NCBI GenBank assembly: GCA_964035575.1
Contig: OZ037837.1
Coordinates: 62,001-126,000 of the forward strand
Length of the DNA stretch: 64,000 nt
Reading direction: 5' to 3'
DNA from: Rhynchopus sp. YZ270_cl-10
Lineage: Eukaryota
In this document: piece after piece, positions 1-12,615 of the stretch
Layout: every line of letters begins with the position of its first letter
Position numbering within the stretch: the first letter of the stretch is position 1
Made by a program: the position numbers and the translations under genes
Notes under the pieces: model-generated
Told to the model about the DNA's origin: nothing
Database searches by the model: none
What the model saw: the letters and a program-made list of their open reading frames with translations, nothing else

Positions 1-320
1 CTAAGAACATTGCAGCACACAGAACAGATTGTTTTCTTAATTTGCAAAATAATGTTTTTCTAAAATTTTTGCCGTTTCGCCTTTTGGGCATTCGGAACAA
101 AAATAAAAATAAAATGGGTGAAAGTCAAATGTATGCACATTGCGTATACATCTGACTGTTTTGTGCCCTCTTGTTCATGTATGTATACATTTGACTTTCG
201 CCCAAATAAAATGTCACACATTGCGACTGGTTGGGAGACTGAGTCTGGACGTGAATCTGCAAGGTAGCCTGGTCTGTACCATTGCTATTGCCCACCATTG
301 CCAAACCATGCACATCACTA

Positions 321-455
321 CACGGCGAACTAGTCAGGAGGAGTCACCACAGTCGTATCGACTAGTGCTAAACTAGTGGGTGTAACACTAGTCGTAAAAC
401 ACTAGTCATTTGGGCCAGTAGCACTACCAGTAGTCCCCCTGACCAGTCCGCCATG
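321..455. mobile_element. small MITE-like element (imperfect ~18-bp TIRs, internal ACTAGT repeats); second copy at ~5860-5990
   Basis: Left end cacggcgaactagtcagg vs reverse complement of right end catggcggactggtcagg; flanked by TA/TG; duplicated with the surrounding tandem unit. Confidence 0.5.
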
Positions 456-956
456 TGCTCATGTTGTTTTCCTCTCTCGGAAGGTTCACCCTCAGAACAC
501 GACACTCACAAACAATTGAAGCCTCTTGTGAGGCAAAAATAAAAGCGAGTCGGCTTGCTGCACCCAGGTGTTGCCGTACTGGATGTGATGGTATGCATAT
601 TGCAAGATGACAAAAAAACGAAACAATGATAAATGAAAACGCACTACAAAAAAAGTGAAATTAATTTTAAAAAAACAGCAAAACCACAAAAGATGAAGAT
701 GAATAAGCCGTTTGCACATTATAAAGCACAATACCCTGTGTAGCAAACACTGCGAGGTGACCTCCGTATTCAGGCAATCCACGTGTCCTACACGTGAAAA
801 ACAGAACCAGGTCCCGGTATACTCTAGATAGAACAAAAAGAGCAGCCACACTGCCTCAGCAGCGCTGAAGATATGAGAGCGAATACCAAACAAAAACACA
901 CACACAGAACAACTGTCTCTTTCCTGTCACTCGCCGCACACCCCTTGAGACATTAT

Positions 957-2921
957 TTAAACACTCAGTGTCGCGGTCGCAGTTGGCTGTGTCCCCCTGC
1001 TGATCGAGTGTCTCGCCTTGTCGTTGACAGAGTTGAATCGCTCCTTAGGCGTGTACAGGGTGGTGGGGCTGGTAGGTCGGGCGAGCGGGAAGGAGTGCGG
1101 TCCCGACGTCGTCGGGCTTAGTTCCCCACCTGCATGTGTATGTGTCACAGACCTGCGTCTGCTACTGGGCGGGGCTTGGAGACCACCAGGACTGCTACGA
1201 CCACCACCACCGCCCCTCCCTGCCGCTACCAACTCAGCCGTGTCATACTGTCTAGCCTCGCCTGCTGGCACCCGCATCCCTACCAGAGAAAGCTCGCAGG
1301 ATTGGATAAGAGTCGGTGACTCTGAGAAAGCTCTGTCCGAGACTGGCAGCCAATGCGGGCTTGGCGGTACACTTGAGGGCGACTCTGGTGCTGGGAGTGG
1401 TGGAGACTCCTCGCGTGCAGAAGGTTCGTAGAGGACCTGCTGCTGCTGCTGCTGGATGACGTTGGTCTCTGTGGGTAGTGGTGCCTTGTGGTTCTTCTTG
1501 CACAGAAGGAAACCTGCAACGAGGCCGAACGAGAGGAACAGTAGTGCTGCGGCGATCACAATGAGGAGCACCTCGATACCCACACTGTTGTCGTCGTTGC
1601 TGTCGTCCTTCGAAGCAGCATCTTGCACTGGGGCTGCACCAGGTGACGGTGATGCAGGCGTCAGTGTTTCCCCTGGTGCCAACGTCGTGCTTGGTGCCAA
1701 TGTCACACCTGGTGTACCAGCTGGTGCAGACGTGACACCTGGTGTACCAGCTGGAGCTTCTGTGTCACCTGGTGCACCACCTGGAGCCTCTGTGACAGCT
1801 GGCACCTTCGTCGGCATCACAACCGTAACAGGCCGGGGTGTGGCAGGTACGTCCGTGGGTGCTGCTGTCGTGCCAGGTGCGAGGGTCTCCTTCTTATCCT
1901 TTTCAGGGAGAAGACGGTAGAAGAGGGGTCCGATGTTACGCTCAGAGATGACAGTCTGGAACATGTGTGTCGTGAGGCTGTACTCATCGATGCCTGCAGT
2001 GTTCACCTGCAGGATGCGTTCACTGTCAACGACGGCGAAGGAGGGCTGCCGGATGGGACGGTCCTTGCCTGTGTAAGTACCGAGGAACTGCGGCATGTCG
2101 CCCAGGATGAGCTCGGGATCGTGTGTCGCGTCAAACTTGTAAAGTTCCGTTGCGGTGTCCGTCTGCGAACACACGTACAGCGCATCGTTGATCAGCTGCG
2201 GGTACCCCACGTCCTGATCCCCGTAGCTCGTCTCTGGAAACGTGTCATGCACATGAGGGTAGAACACTTCCTTCGAGTCCTTCTTCGCACTCACATACCC
2301 ACCACCCTCCTTCCCCGTCCCCGTAGGCACGTTGTACGAAATCCAGACAACGTTGTCCTCATCAGCATAGAGGCCGCCACCCACAGGGCCGGCAGCGGTC
2401 TTCAAGGAGAGGTATGTGTATTTGTCCTTGATGAGGCATTTGTCGTTGATCCAGTAGCATGGTCCCTTCTCCACGCAGTAGGTCTCGCTCGTGACGGTCG
2501 TGCAGCCGCGGAGGTAGTTGCCACGCACCTTCCAGCCGTTGAAGGTTGCAGAGCTTTCGTACGACGCAACGTACGCAGTGTGTGTCTTGGTGTTGATCGC
2601 AGTCCCGTAGAAGCCCTGCGAGTCCTTCACCTGCGGGCCAAAGTCGATCAGCTCAAACGGCGCGGTTGGGTCCTCCGCAAAGTTTGCCTTGAAGAACTCG
2701 TTCCCGCAGGTCACGCTTGCCCAGCCCTCAATCTCATCGATGCCCAGCCCGCGTGAGTCGTGTGAACAGTGTGCGCTTGCCCCAGACCATTGGTTGTAGT
2801 CCTCTCGCTCCTCACCTGCAGTAGTAACAGAAGAAAGCCCTGTGCTTGTCAGAAAGTACAGCCGTTCTGCCTCCACTGCTGCCACTAAAGCAGAAGTGCA
2901 GACTGCGAAGGCAAGACGCAT
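957..2921 (-). CDS. type I membrane/cell-surface protein, copy 1 (signal peptide, Cys-containing ectodomain, TxAP mucin-like stalk, single TM, Q/P/S-rich tail)
   Basis: ORF 957-3017; start MRLAFAVC (ATG at 2921) shared by all three paralogs; TLAP/TEAP/TSAP repeats; TM IEVLLIVIAAALLFLSFGLVAGFLL followed by CKK. Confidence 0.85.
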   Translation of the reverse strand: MRLAFAVCTSALVAAVEAERLYFLTSTGLSSVTTAGEEREDYNQWSGASAHCSHDSRGLGIDEIEGWASVTCGNEFFKANFAEDPTAPFELIDFGPQVKDSQGFYGTAINTKTHTAYVASYESSATFNGWKVRGNYLRGCTTVTSETYCVEKGPCYWINDKCLIKDKYTYLSLKTAAGPVGGGLYADEDNVVWISYNVPTGTGKEGGGYVSAKKDSKEVFYPHVHDTFPETSYGDQDVGYPQLINDALYVCSQTDTATELYKFDATHDPELILGDMPQFLGTYTGKDRPIRQPSFAVVDSERILQVNTAGIDEYSLTTHMFQTVISERNIGPLFYRLLPEKDKKETLAPGTTAAPTDVPATPRPVTVVMPTKVPAVTEAPGGAPGDTEAPAGTPGVTSAPAGTPGVTLAPSTTLAPGETLTPASPSPGAAPVQDAASKDDSNDDNSVGIEVLLIVIAAALLFLSFGLVAGFLLCKKNHKAPLPTETNVIQQQQQQVLYEPSAREESPPLPAPESPSSVPPSPHWLPVSDRAFSESPTLIQSCELSLVGMRVPAGEARQYDTAELVAAGRGGGGGRSSPGGLQAPPSSRRRSVTHTHAGGELSPTTSGPHSFPLARPTSPTTLYTPKERFNSVNDKARHSISRGTQPTATATLSV

Positions 2922-5900
2922 TTGTGAAGCATCTGTGCGTGGGTGGGTGTTGTGGGTGTTGTGGGTGTTGTGTAAGGGAGGAACAAAAGGAAGAGGAAGT
3001 CGTTTACGGGGTTTCATTATTTTCAGAGAATACCACGCAGCTGCAGATTGTCAGAAGATAACTTTGAAGAAAACAAAAGCGCAAAATGAACTAAAGTACC
3101 TAGCCTAGTAGGGGCAACAGGGCACTCTACAAGAGCAGTTGAAAGTGCAAATACTTCACAGAATCAGCGGATGCAGGCACTAAAAAAAATGAAATTAAAC
3201 ATCGCACTCCGACTATTCTCTATTCACGTTCCTGTTTCCCTACCACAAAGCAATAACGGCAACAATAGAAAATAAACACAATAAACGCAATTAACACAAT
3301 AAGGGTGTCCGTAAAATGACGGCTTTTGAATAAAATCCAATATTCACCTACATTCTACGGATCACCCATAAAGACAATAAAGACAAAAGGGAGATTGTTG
3401 TGCACACAAAAATTGAAATGTAATAAAAATATTGTGGTCACAAAAACCCCGTAAGAGGCCCAGTCCGTATCAGAAACAAGTACTGTACATAAACCAGACA
3501 GTGGTAATTTTGGGTATACTCAGGGAAAAAATGAACAATTTTGGCCTAAAAAAAATCAATTTGAGAAATATTTCTAAGTGCTCTGACACGAAAATATTGC
3601 AGGGCCGTTTTCTTACTTATTAGATGCAATCCTTTCCGAAGGTCACAATAGCGTAAAACCTACTTGGTAAATACATTGCTGAGTCAGTTCGTCTACACTC
3701 TGAAAGTAAGGTGTTCCACAAACCTGCGAAACACGTTTGTGCAAAATTACGCCAAAAACGACGCCAATTAGAAGTTGTACCCGCAAACCACAAGTAAAAC
3801 CACAAGTCACATCATTCACATCACCGTCGCGTGAGATGAGACATTAGGAAAGGGGGGTATGTGCCCTGTAAGGGTGCGGGTGGGGGAGGGGAGGGAACAG
3901 CTTTATTCTTTGGGGAGGGAAGAAACAAAAACACCTGTCTTGAGGTGGGACTATCCACAACGGGGGCGTCTTGTTGGACACCGTTCGACGCTGTTTCGTT
4001 CCGTATTTCGTTTGTTTCCCCCACACCAAAGGATTGTTGACACCATCTAGAGAAGAGGGAATCGCTGAGGGAGGACAAAGAGAAAAAACAGTGAGACTGT
4101 CTATGTGACAGCTGCACTGATCCAAACAAATTTTCAATAATCAAACAAGTTATCAAAAAATCTTGTGAAATAAAAGCAGTAAAATTATATTGAAAGATGC
4201 CCCTTTAGCCTCTCGTGTATAGTCAACTTTAAAATTAGAAAAAGTAAAAAAGGGATCCCTTCACAAGGGAATAAAAACTACGCCAGAAGGCTGGAAGTGC
4301 ACGAATGAAGAACAAGAGTAGTGTTGAAACATGCTCAAACGCATCTCAGTCGAGCCATGCAAAGAGTGGGACGTGATTAGTCCGTACCGTAAGAGAACAG
4401 AGGCGGTTCACAACCGCTCGGCAAATCACGCGACCTCTTTATACCCTAAAAGGTCGGCTATAACGTTGCACGGTAGTTACCGTGCAACATCAGTGGACCA
4501 AAGAGCAATCATGGCTCAGTTCGACAAACGCGCACGTGCCATAAAATGCATGAAAGAAATGAAAAAATAAAACAAATATTGTGCATCGCGCACAAACACA
4601 CCGAAAAGGGAACGGAATTTTCTTATTTTTATTTTCCCATAATAAAGGAAGCAACGATATGACCGGTTTGGGTTTATGTTACGTGTATTGTATTCTGACT
4701 GTCTTCTCTACCCATAAGCACAATCAAAACATCTTCTACAGCAACAATCAGGGAGGAGGAAGGGAGGAAGGGAGCAATCCCTTTTTCTTGGGGAGTGAAT
4801 CCTTTGTGGATCCCATCAACCCGAAAGGGAGGTTTTTATGTTGGGAAAAGTCACTTAGTACACAAATTTCTAGCACCCAATTAGGATACATGCTGGCAAA
4901 CTTTCGGCGGTACCCAGAATACCCAAAACTATTTAGGATAATACCCAGTGGGTATTATCCTAAATGGGTACTAGAAATATGCGTGCTCAGTTACTAACCC
5001 GCATTTTTTTTTTTTCATTTTTTTTTTTAATTGGGGACTTTGCTCGTTTTGTAGCTTTTTTAATTGAAGTGGATTTATATTCTGATGGAGTGAGAAAGAT
5101 TTTGTTTGGCCCTCTCGTGACAGTGTACATGGTACAACCGGCCGGTGTACTGTGGGTGACAACCATGCAGTCAGTCCACATCCATTTCGTATAAAGAAGG
5201 TAAGCAAAAAAGTTCTGTTGATGATCAAAAGAAATTTGTTAGGTGTCGGCCCCCCCTGGAGGAACTCCACGAAAGGAAAGCTAAAAGTCAGCACAATAAT
5301 TTGCACCCCAATACAAAGCAAAGCTTCTCAAACAAGTCTGATTGAGAGCAGAAACAGAAACAAATAAAAAAGTGGGGGGATGTTTTCCTCAGCAAAGAGA
5401 AATGTTGTGGTAAAGATGACCAGAATGAGTCACCAAAAAAACGGGGGAGGGGAGGGCCAAGAACATTGCAGCACACAGAACAGATCTTTTTTTATTTGTT
5501 TTTTCTAAAAAGTTTTTGCCGTTTCGCCTTTTGGGCATTCGGAACAAAAATAAAATAAAATGGGTGAAAGTCAAATGTATGCACATTGCGTATACATCTG
5601 ACTGTTTTGTGCCCTCTTGTTCATGTATGTATACATTTGACTTTCGCCCAAATAAAATGCAAACATGATATGCGATTTGCAAACATTTTCCTTTGTGACG
5701 TGGATGTGTTCATCATCGTCATCACACATATTTAAGAATCATCACATGGTTGTCACACATTACGACTGGTTGGGAGACTGAGTCTGGACGTGAACCTGCA
5801 AGGTAGCCTGGTCTGTACCATTGCTATTGCCCACCATTGCCAAACCATGCACATCACTACACGGCGAACTAGTCAGGAGGAGTCACCACAGTCGTATCGA

Positions 5901-6492
5901 CTAGTGCTAAACTAGTGGGTGTAACACTAGTCGTAAAACACTAGTCATTTGGGCCAGTAGCACTACCAGTAGTCTGACCAGTCCGCCATGTGCTCATGTT
6001 GTTTTCCTCTCTCGGAAGGTTCACCCTCAGAACACGACACTCACAAACAATTGAAGCCTCTTGTGAGGCAAAAATAAAAGCGAGTCGGCTTGCTGCACCC
6101 AGGTGTTGCCGTACTGGATGTGATGGTATGCATATTGCAAGATGACAAAAAAACGAAACAATGATAAATGAAAACGCACTACAAAAAAAGTGAAATTAAT
6201 TTTAAAAAAACAGCAAAACCACAAAAGATGAAGATGAATAAGCCGTTTGCACATTATAAAGCACAATACCCTGTGTAGCAAACACTGCGAGGTGACCTCC
6301 GTATTCAGGCAATCCACGTGTCCTACACGTGAAAAACAGAACCAACTGAGACACGGTCCCGGTATACTCTAGATAGAACAAAGAGCAGCCACACTGCCTC
6401 AGCAGCGCTGAAGATATGAGAGCGAATACCAAACAAAAACACACACACAGAACAACTGTCTCTTTCCTGTCACTCGCCTTATTATTTACGCA

Positions 6493-8457
6493 TTAAACAC
6501 TCAATGTCGCGGTTGGCTGTGTCCCCCTGCTGATCGAGTGTTTCACCTTGTCGTTGACAGAGTTGAATCGCTCCTTAGGCGTGTACAGGGTGGTGGGGCT
6601 GGTAGGTCGGGCGAGCGGGAAGGAGTGCGGTCCCGACGTCGTCGGGCTTAGTTCCCCACCTGCATGTGTATGTGTCACAGACCTGCGCCTGCTACTGGGC
6701 GGGGCTTGGAGACCACCAGGACTGCTACGACCACCACCACCGCCCCTCCCTGCTCCCAACTCAGCCACGTTGTCAAGGTGTCTAGCCTCGCCTGCTGGCA
6801 CCCGCATCCCTACCAGAGAAAGCTCGCAGGATTGGATAAGAGTCGGTGACTCTGAGAAAGAAGCTCTGTCCGAGGCTGGCAGCCAATGCGGGCTTGGTGG
6901 TACACTTGAGGGCGACTCTGGTGCTGGGAGTGGTGGAGACTCCTCGCGTGCAGAAGGTTCGTAGAGGACCTGCTGCTGCTGCTGCTGGATGACGTTGGTC
7001 TCTGTGGGTAGTGGTGTCTTGCGGCTCTTCTTGCACAGAAGGAAGCCTGCCAGGAGGCCTAGCGAGAGGAACAGTAGTGCTGCGGCGATCACAAGGAGTA
7101 GCACCCCGGCACCTACACCGCTGTCGTCGTTGCTGTCGTCCTTCGAAGCAGCATCTTGCACTGGGGCTGCACCAGGTGACGGTGATGCAGGCGTCAGTGT
7201 TTCCCCTGGTGCCAACGTCGTGCCTGGTGCCAATGTCACACCTGGTGTACCACCTGGTGCAGACGTCACACCTGGTGTACCAGCTGGTGCAGGCGTGACA
7301 CCTGGTGCACCACCTGGAGCCTCTGTGACAGCTGGCACCTTCGTCTCAGGTGGCACAACCACAACAGGCCGGGGTGTGGCAGGTACGTCCGTGGGTGCTG
7401 CTGTTGTGCCAGGTGCGAGGGTCTCTTTCTTATCCTTTTCAGGGAGAAGACGGTAGAAGAGGGGTCCGATGTTACGCTCAGAGATGACAGTCTGGAACAT
7501 GTGTGTCGTGAGGCTGTACTCATCGATGCCTGCAGTGTTCACCTGCAGGATGCGTTCACTGTCAACGACGGCGAAGGAGGGCTGCCGGATGGGACGGTCC
7601 TTGCCTGTGTAGGTGCCGCGGAACTGCGGCATGTCGCCCAGGATGAGCTCGGGATCGTGTGTCGCGTCAAACTTGTAAAGTTCCGTTGCGGTGTCCGTCT
7701 GCGAACACACGTACAGCGCATCGTTGATCATCTGCGGGTACCCCACGTCCTGATCCCCGTAGCTCGTCTCTGGAAACGTGTCATGCACATGAGGGTAGTA
7801 CACCTCCTTCGAGTCCTTCTTCGCACTCACATACCCACCACCCTCCTTCCCCGTTCCCTTAGGCAGGTTGTACGAAATCCAGACAACGTTGTCCTCATCA
7901 GCATAGAGGCCGCCACCCACAGGGCCGGCAGCGGTCTTCAAGGAGAGGTATGTGTATTTGTCCTTGATGAGGCATTTGTCGTTGATCCAGTAGCATGGTC
8001 CCTTCTCCACGCAGTAGGTCTCGCTCGTGACGGTGGTGCAGCCACGGAGGTAGTTGCCACGCACCTTCCAGCCGTTGAAGGTTGCAGAGCTTTCGTACGA
8101 CGCAACGTACGCAGTGTGTGTCTTGGTGTTGATCGCAGTCCCGTAGAAGCCCTGCGAGTCCTTCACCTGCGGGCCAAAGTCGATCAGCTCAAACGGCGCG
8201 GTTGGGTCCTCCGCAAAGTTTGCCTTGAAGAACTCGGTCCCGCAGGTCACGCTTGCCCAGCCCTCAATCTCATCGATGCCCAGCCCGCGTGCATCGTCCG
8301 AACAGTGTGCACTTGCCCCAGACCATTGGTTGTAGTCCTCTCGCTCGTCACCTGCAGTAGTAACAGAAGAAAGCCCTGTGCTTGTCAGAAAGTACAGCCG
8401 TTCTGCCTCCACTGCTGCCACTAAAGCAGAAGTGCAGACTGCGAAGGCAAGCCGCAT
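6493..8457 (-). CDS. type I membrane/cell-surface protein, copy 2
   Basis: 654-aa ORF, same architecture, near-identical to copy 1; stalk repeats and TM region differ slightly. Confidence 0.85.
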   Translation of the reverse strand: MRLAFAVCTSALVAAVEAERLYFLTSTGLSSVTTAGDEREDYNQWSGASAHCSDDARGLGIDEIEGWASVTCGTEFFKANFAEDPTAPFELIDFGPQVKDSQGFYGTAINTKTHTAYVASYESSATFNGWKVRGNYLRGCTTVTSETYCVEKGPCYWINDKCLIKDKYTYLSLKTAAGPVGGGLYADEDNVVWISYNLPKGTGKEGGGYVSAKKDSKEVYYPHVHDTFPETSYGDQDVGYPQMINDALYVCSQTDTATELYKFDATHDPELILGDMPQFRGTYTGKDRPIRQPSFAVVDSERILQVNTAGIDEYSLTTHMFQTVISERNIGPLFYRLLPEKDKKETLAPGTTAAPTDVPATPRPVVVVPPETKVPAVTEAPGGAPGVTPAPAGTPGVTSAPGGTPGVTLAPGTTLAPGETLTPASPSPGAAPVQDAASKDDSNDDSGVGAGVLLLVIAAALLFLSLGLLAGFLLCKKSRKTPLPTETNVIQQQQQQVLYEPSAREESPPLPAPESPSSVPPSPHWLPASDRASFSESPTLIQSCELSLVGMRVPAGEARHLDNVAELGAGRGGGGGRSSPGGLQAPPSSRRRSVTHTHAGGELSPTTSGPHSFPLARPTSPTTLYTPKERFNSVNDKVKHSISRGTQPTATLSV

Positions 8458-9258
8458 TTGTGAAGCATCTGTGCGTGTTGTGGGTGTTGTGGGTGTTGTG
8501 GGTGCTGCGGTAAGGGAAGAGCAAAAGGAAGAGGAGACACTGCGAAACTAAAGGGAAAGGTCCTACCCACCACGATGCTAGTGTCATATGGTCAGTAGGC
8601 GACACACTCTCACAGCTCCTGCAACGGTGCAGTAGTGGGTGTGCTGTACTGTGACGCTGTTGCAGTATTGACCTTGCCGTGGGGAGGCCATGTGCCTATT
8701 CGCCTCCACACTCTTGCATGGCTCTGTGCCTGGGGTACACTGCTGCACGCAGTTCCCGGTGCGATATACGAAAAAAGATGTTTATTTTGGATGTGATCAA
8801 CAATCAAACATCGAATATATAGAAAGGGGTACCAGGTATTTCACTTTTCATTTGTATCCTCAGATTTCTGAAGTCAGATTTGTACTTTTATTTTGTAAAA
8901 AAAAATATATTGAACACTGCACCACAGCCTCTGTCTAACTTCTATTTTGGGGCGGGTTGGTGAGCCTCACCTCACCGACAGGTCGAGGTGTGCGTTTCAG
9001 CACATAAAAAAAAAATAGAAAATATCAACGTTGTTGAACTGAGACGTAAAACCCCTTACCCAGACCAATAGGTCTAACCTGTTGGATCGTGCTTCACTGT
9101 TTCTTAAAGACTTCGTAAGACACAAAAAAGACTCGGAACAAAAAAACAGCAATTCAACTGAATGAATGCGTCATTGCTCAAAACAAAACATAGAGTATTA
9201 GACATAACGAAACAATATACATCTCACTTACCCCTCCCCCCGGCCCCCCCCCCCCCCC

Positions 9259-10048
9259 TAGGGGCGGTCATATCCTGTATTAAAAGTGTGAGAAAATGAC
9301 ATTTTTCAAAATGTTGTCAAAAGCGATTCTAAGGTAAAAAAAAGTAGAAAATCCACCCCACAGGCCCAAAAAAATGTGGTGTGCCCCGCTTTCCACCCTT
9401 TTTGTGCCTCTCAGGTACCCAAATCACAGTTTTTTAAAAATTGCCTACCACTGGTACCTGAGTGCCCCCCTGGTTTGCCCTTCAGGTTGACTATGGAACA
9501 GAAAACACCCCAATATGGCTCAGAACATAGAGCAAAGGGTATATTTCACCCCCAAAACCCCACAGGAGACCCACAAAACCGTTACTGGGGTGTTTCGTGA
9601 CACCTGTTGGTGCTCAAAGCTCATAAAACCTGAAACACCGGTCAGGCAGTGAAAATAGGCCAAAACAGGCCAAAATAGCCTGAAAATGGCCTAAAAACGC
9701 CCATATTTTATTTCAAACACCCAGAAAGTTGCAGAAACCCGATTCCAGGGTGGTCCTGGGCACCTGTGGGGGCGCATGCCCCATAAAACATCAAAAAAAC
9801 GGTGTGGAACTGGTGTGGGAGGGTGTTTTTGCAATTTACCCACAAATTGCCTGCCTCAGGTACCACTGGTAGGCAATTTTTTAAAAACCGCGATTTGGGT
9901 ACCTGAGAGGCACAAAAAGGGTGGAAAGCGGGGCACACCACATTTTTTTGGGCCTGTGGGGTGGATTTTCTTGGTTTTTACCCTTTTTGTGGGGTTTTTG
10001 GGCATTTTTGAAAAATGTCATTTTCTCACATAGATATGACCCCCCCTA
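9259..10048. mobile_element. non-autonomous TIR element with ~200-bp inverted arms, TAGGGG...CCCCTA ends, inserted in a poly-C tract (hAT-like with C8 TSD, or TA-flanked)
   Basis: 9259-~9462 is the reverse complement of ~9856-10048; cccccccc on both sides. Confidence 0.75.
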
Positions 10049-10680
10049 CCCCCCCCCCCATCCCTTTGCTTCACATTGCCCGGTACCAATGCTGCATTTA
10101 TTTTAACTACATTATTACATCATCTTCCAATGTCGTTTTCAAACCAAAGCCCTTCTGTCTATGGCATCGGTTCATCTTGTACAACTACTTGGTATCTGTT
10201 ATTCTGTTAAAACCCCGTTTGCAGACCCCTCCCAAATATGGTCGTACGGTGGTTCACCGCTGTTTAGGAGGAGGATAGTATGACCCCGAGCATATGGACA
10301 CAGAATACCAAGAGAAGATAATAGGAAGCCTCCACAGCGAGAGCACCGACCAAATGCGAATGTCATCTGTTTACCTCTTGGCTTGTCTTCTTGGTGCTGA
10401 TGGGGGTGGTGCAAGGGGTTTATGGGTTGTGTGCTTGGAAAGAAATGAATCAATTATGGGAATGTATCTGAGACATACAAGGGTTGTCGCGGTGATGGTG
10501 TGTTGCAGTTCAAAATCATTATATGCGGGGCCTGCATCTGCCGTCAGGTGCGGAACCATGTGTGACGAGGGTGAGGCAATACGCAAGAGTTGCGGATTTG
10601 TTTCTGTGTGTTCCCGACGTTCCACCTCAAGCAGCTTTTCCTCGTGGAACGGAAAGCGTGTTATCTGCACAATACTCTAT

Positions 10681-12615
10681 TTAAACACTCAGTGTCGCGG
10701 TCGCAGTTGGCTGTGTCCCCTTGCTGATCGAGTGTCTCGCCCTGTCGTTGACAGAGTTGAATCGCTCCTTAGGCGTGTACAGGGTGGTGGGGCTGGTAGG
10801 TCGGGCGAGCGGGAAGGAGTGCGGTCCCGACGTCGTCGGGCTTAGTTCCCCACCTGCATGTGTATGTGTCACAGACCTGCGCCTGCTACTGGGCGGGGCT
10901 TGGAGACCACCAGGACTGCTACGACCACCACCACCGCCCCTCCCTGCCGTCACCAACTCAGCTGTGTCATAGTGTCGAGCCTCGCCTGCTGGCACCCGCA
11001 TCCCTACCAGAGAAAGCTCGCAGGATTGCATGAGCGACGGCGACTCTGAGAAAGCTCTGTCCGAGACTGGCAGCCAATGCGGGCTTGGCGGTACACTTGA
11101 GGGCGACTCTGGTGCTGGGAGTGGTGGAGACTCCTCGCGTGCAGAAGGTTCGTAGAGGACCTGCTGCTGCTGCTGCTGGATGACGTTGGTCTCTGTGGGT
11201 GGTGGTGCCTTGTGGTTCTTCTTGCACAGAAGGAAACCTGCAACGAGGCCGAACGAGCAACACAACAGTGCTGCGGCGATCACAATGAGGAGCACCTCGA
11301 TACCCACACTGTTGTCGTCGTTGCTGTCGTCCTTCGAAGCAGCATCTTGCACTGGGGCTGCACCAGGTGACGGTGATGCAGGCGTCAGTGTTTCCCCTGG
11401 TGCCAACGTCGTGCCTGGTGCCAATGTCTCACCTGGTGTACCAGCTGGAGCTTCTGTGTCACCAGGTGCACCAGCTGGAGCCTCTGTGACAGCTGGCACC
11501 TTCGTCGGCATCACAACCACAACAGGCCGGGGTGTGGCAGGTACTTCCGTGGGTGCTGCTGTCGTGCCAGGTGCGAGGGTCTCCTTCTTATCCTTTTTAG
11601 GGAGAAGACGGTAGAAGAGGGGTCCGATGTTACGCTCAGAGATGACAGTCTGGAACATGTGTGTCGTGAGGCTGTACTCATCGATGCCTGCAGTGTTCAC
11701 CTGCAGGATGCGTTCGGTGTCAATGACGGCGAAGGAGGGCTGCCGGATGGGACGGTCCTTGCCTGTGTAGGTGCCGAGGAACTGCGGCATGTCGCCCAGG
11801 ACGATCTCGGGATCGTGTGTCGCGTCAAACTTGTAAAGTTCCGTTGCGCTGTCCGTCTGCGAACACACGTACAGCGCATCGTTGATCAGCTGCGGGTACC
11901 CCACGTCCTGACTCCCGTAGTTCGTCTCTGGAAACGTGTCATGCACATGAGGGTAGTACACCTCCTTCGAGTCCTTCTTCGCACTCACATACCCACCACC
12001 TTCCTTCCCCGTCCCCGTAGGCACGTTGTACGAAATCCAGACAACGTTGTCCTCATCAGCATAGAGGCCGCCACCCACAGGGCCGGCAGCGGTCTTCAAG
12101 GAGAGGTATGTGTATTTGTCCTTGATGAGGCATTTGTCGTTGATCCAGTAGCATGGGCCCTTCTCCACGCAGTAGGTCTCGCTCGTGACGGTCGTGCAGC
12201 CGCGGAGGTAGTTGCCACGCACCTTCCAGCCGTTGAAGGTTGAAGAGCTTTCGTACGACGCAACGTACGCAGTGTGTGTCTTGGTGTTGATCGCAGTCCC
12301 GTAGAAGCCCTGCGAGTCCTTCACCTGCGGGCCAAAGTCGATCAGCTCAAACGGCGCGGTTGGGTCCTCCGCAAAGTTTGCCTTGAAGAACTCGTTCCCG
12401 CAGGTCACGCTTGCCCAGCCCTCAATCTCATCGATGCCCAGCCCGCGTGAGTCGTGTGAACAGTGTGCGCTTGCCCCAGACCATTGGTTGTAGTCCTCTC
12501 GTTCCTCACCTGAGGTGAGAACAGAAGAAAGCCCTGTGCTTGTCAGAAAGTACAGCCGTTCTGCCTCCACTGCTGCCACTAAAGCAGAAGTGCAGACTGC
12601 GAAGGCAAGCCGCAT
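10681..12615 (-). CDS. type I membrane/cell-surface protein, copy 3
   Basis: Same MRLAFAVC start (ATG at 12615) within ORF 10681-12912; shorter TxAP stalk. Confidence 0.85.
   Translation of the reverse strand: MRLAFAVCTSALVAAVEAERLYFLTSTGLSSVLTSGEEREDYNQWSGASAHCSHDSRGLGIDEIEGWASVTCGNEFFKANFAEDPTAPFELIDFGPQVKDSQGFYGTAINTKTHTAYVASYESSSTFNGWKVRGNYLRGCTTVTSETYCVEKGPCYWINDKCLIKDKYTYLSLKTAAGPVGGGLYADEDNVVWISYNVPTGTGKEGGGYVSAKKDSKEVYYPHVHDTFPETNYGSQDVGYPQLINDALYVCSQTDSATELYKFDATHDPEIVLGDMPQFLGTYTGKDRPIRQPSFAVIDTERILQVNTAGIDEYSLTTHMFQTVISERNIGPLFYRLLPKKDKKETLAPGTTAAPTEVPATPRPVVVVMPTKVPAVTEAPAGAPGDTEAPAGTPGETLAPGTTLAPGETLTPASPSPGAAPVQDAASKDDSNDDNSVGIEVLLIVIAAALLCCSFGLVAGFLLCKKNHKAPPPTETNVIQQQQQQVLYEPSAREESPPLPAPESPSSVPPSPHWLPVSDRAFSESPSLMQSCELSLVGMRVPAGEARHYDTAELVTAGRGGGGGRSSPGGLQAPPSSRRRSVTHTHAGGELSPTTSGPHSFPLARPTSPTTLYTPKERFNSVNDRARHSISKGTQPTATATLSV

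Larger units (their letters stand above)
2..8500. repeat. ~5.5-kb-period tandem duplication carrying the membrane-protein gene and its downstream region (2-~2960 matches ~5459-8500)
   Basis: Near-identical non-coding blocks (gaacattgcagcacacagaacag at ~5 and ~5461) and CDS; copy 2 has ~95 extra bp at ~5660-5750. Confidence 0.9.

Noticed and set aside
2922..3017. N-terminal extensions in the ORF track (also 12616-12912, 45751-45894, 55018-55053)
   Set aside because: Not conserved between paralogs, or lying in flanking DNA outside the element; the shared downstream ATGs are preferred
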